Below, piece after piece: positions 63,371-64,000 of a DNA stretch of 64,000 bases. The notes below the pieces were generated by a model. The model worked only from the letters and a program-made list of their open reading frames with translations, did no database searches and had not been told where the DNA came from. The position numbers and the translations under genes were made by a program. Source of the DNA: an uncultured Planctomycetota bacterium (lineage in GTDB: Bacteria; Planctomycetota; Planctomycetia; Pirellulales; Lacipirellulaceae); NCBI GenBank assembly GCA_963719315.1, contig CAVRBU010000002.1, positions 1,312,001 to 1,376,000 on the forward strand, given 5' to 3'. Position 1 is the stretch's first letter. Each line of letters starts with the position of its first letter.

Positions 63371-64000
63371 TCACTGGGACTCGACCGGTGGCCGTGTCAA
63401 ACGAGCATCCTCTATCAGGCGACTCACGACTTCACGCGGTTCCTTCGACTCATCCAGCAAATCCAGCTGGCGCTGTGCCGCGCTTGGCTCTTGAGCCAAT
63501 CGGATGCAATCTTGCAGATAGCCCTCGCAGCAGAGCTCAGCCGCTGTCCGCTGCAAGATTATCACTAACTGTTCGACCGTTTCCGCCACTGGCGCCGACT
63601 GATACGAGATCGTATCCACGAGCCGCGCCTGGGTGCCGAAACGCGCCGCCCGCCATTTGTTCTGCTGCACCATCATCGGGTGGCAGTCCTGCTGATACGT
63701 ACCGTTGTCGATCTCATCGGAAAGCGCTTTCACCAGGCACTGCACCATCGCCGCCAGCGCCAGCGTATCCTTCAAGTTGCCCGGCATGTCGCACACTCGC
63801 ACTTCGACCGTCCCGAAAGTGTGGTGCGGCCGCACGTCCCACCATATCTCGCGGACCGTGTTGATGAAACCCGTATCGACCATGTGGTTCACCAACCACA
63901 CATATTCGCTCCAATTGCGCATCACCGTGGGCAACCCGGCAGTCGGTAATCCTTCCATTACTTTCGAACGATGCGAATGCAGACCCGTCTTCCGCCCTTC
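63371..64000 (-). CDS. ybdK: YbdK/GCS2-family carboxylate-amine ligase (5' end beyond the window)
   Basis: LPTAGLP, IWWDVRPH..FGTVEVRVCD, NKWRAARFG. Confidence 0.9.
   Translation of the reverse strand, partial: EGRKTGLHSHRSKVMEGLPTAGLPTVMRNWSEYVWLVNHMVDTGFINTVREIWWDVRPHHTFGTVEVRVCDMPGNLKDTLALAAMVQCLVKALSDEIDNGTYQQDCHPMMVQQNKWRAARFGTQARLVDTISYQSAPVAETVEQLVIILQRTAAELCCEGYLQDCIRLAQEPSAAQRQLDLLDESKEPREVVSRLIEDARLTRPPVESQ

Noticed and set aside
1..64000. tRNA, rRNA or known riboswitch
   Set aside because: None recognised by eye; a covariance-model search would be needed to exclude them.

Overview
GC-rich bacterial chromosomal window, most likely from a planctomycete (Pirellulales/Lacipirellulaceae-like). 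The inference rests on a LEPR-XLL-type giant protein, a PVC-type heme CxxCH protein, 'GDYNxNGVVDAADYxVWRxxFG' dockerins and a PEP-CTERM protein. Contents: (1) three near-identical 1556-bp IS1182/IS5-like elements with YTAG target duplications; one splits an LRR lipoprotein gene, one splits a dispersed non-coding element, and one sits 34 bp upstream of a giant gene; (2) a low-GC patch at 1.7-3.1 kb in which unrelated DNA pieces, including a transposase C-terminal scrap, lie between GGGGTCAG-type palindromes; (3) two copies of an unannotated ~480-bp non-coding element that begins with a conserved extended -10 promoter motif; (4) a sugar-catabolic block (nagA/nagB, an FG-GAP/PVC-heme/DUF1080 fusion, Gfo/Idh/MocA oxidoreductase, MFS transporter); (5) a PEP-CTERM protein with (TGDMD)n repeats; (6) a ~5400-aa beta-helix surface protein ending in cohesin-like and dockerin-like modules; (7) nuoH-J-K-L-M-N; (8) tatD, Cys-rich proteins, peptidases, gshB-like and ybdK-like ligases, and a methyltransferase with an in-frame REP insertion. 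Five genes have 1-2 nt frameshifts in G/C-rich stretches, probably assembly errors. I recognised no rRNA, tRNA or CRISPR array. All family assignments come from motif recognition by eye, not from database searches.
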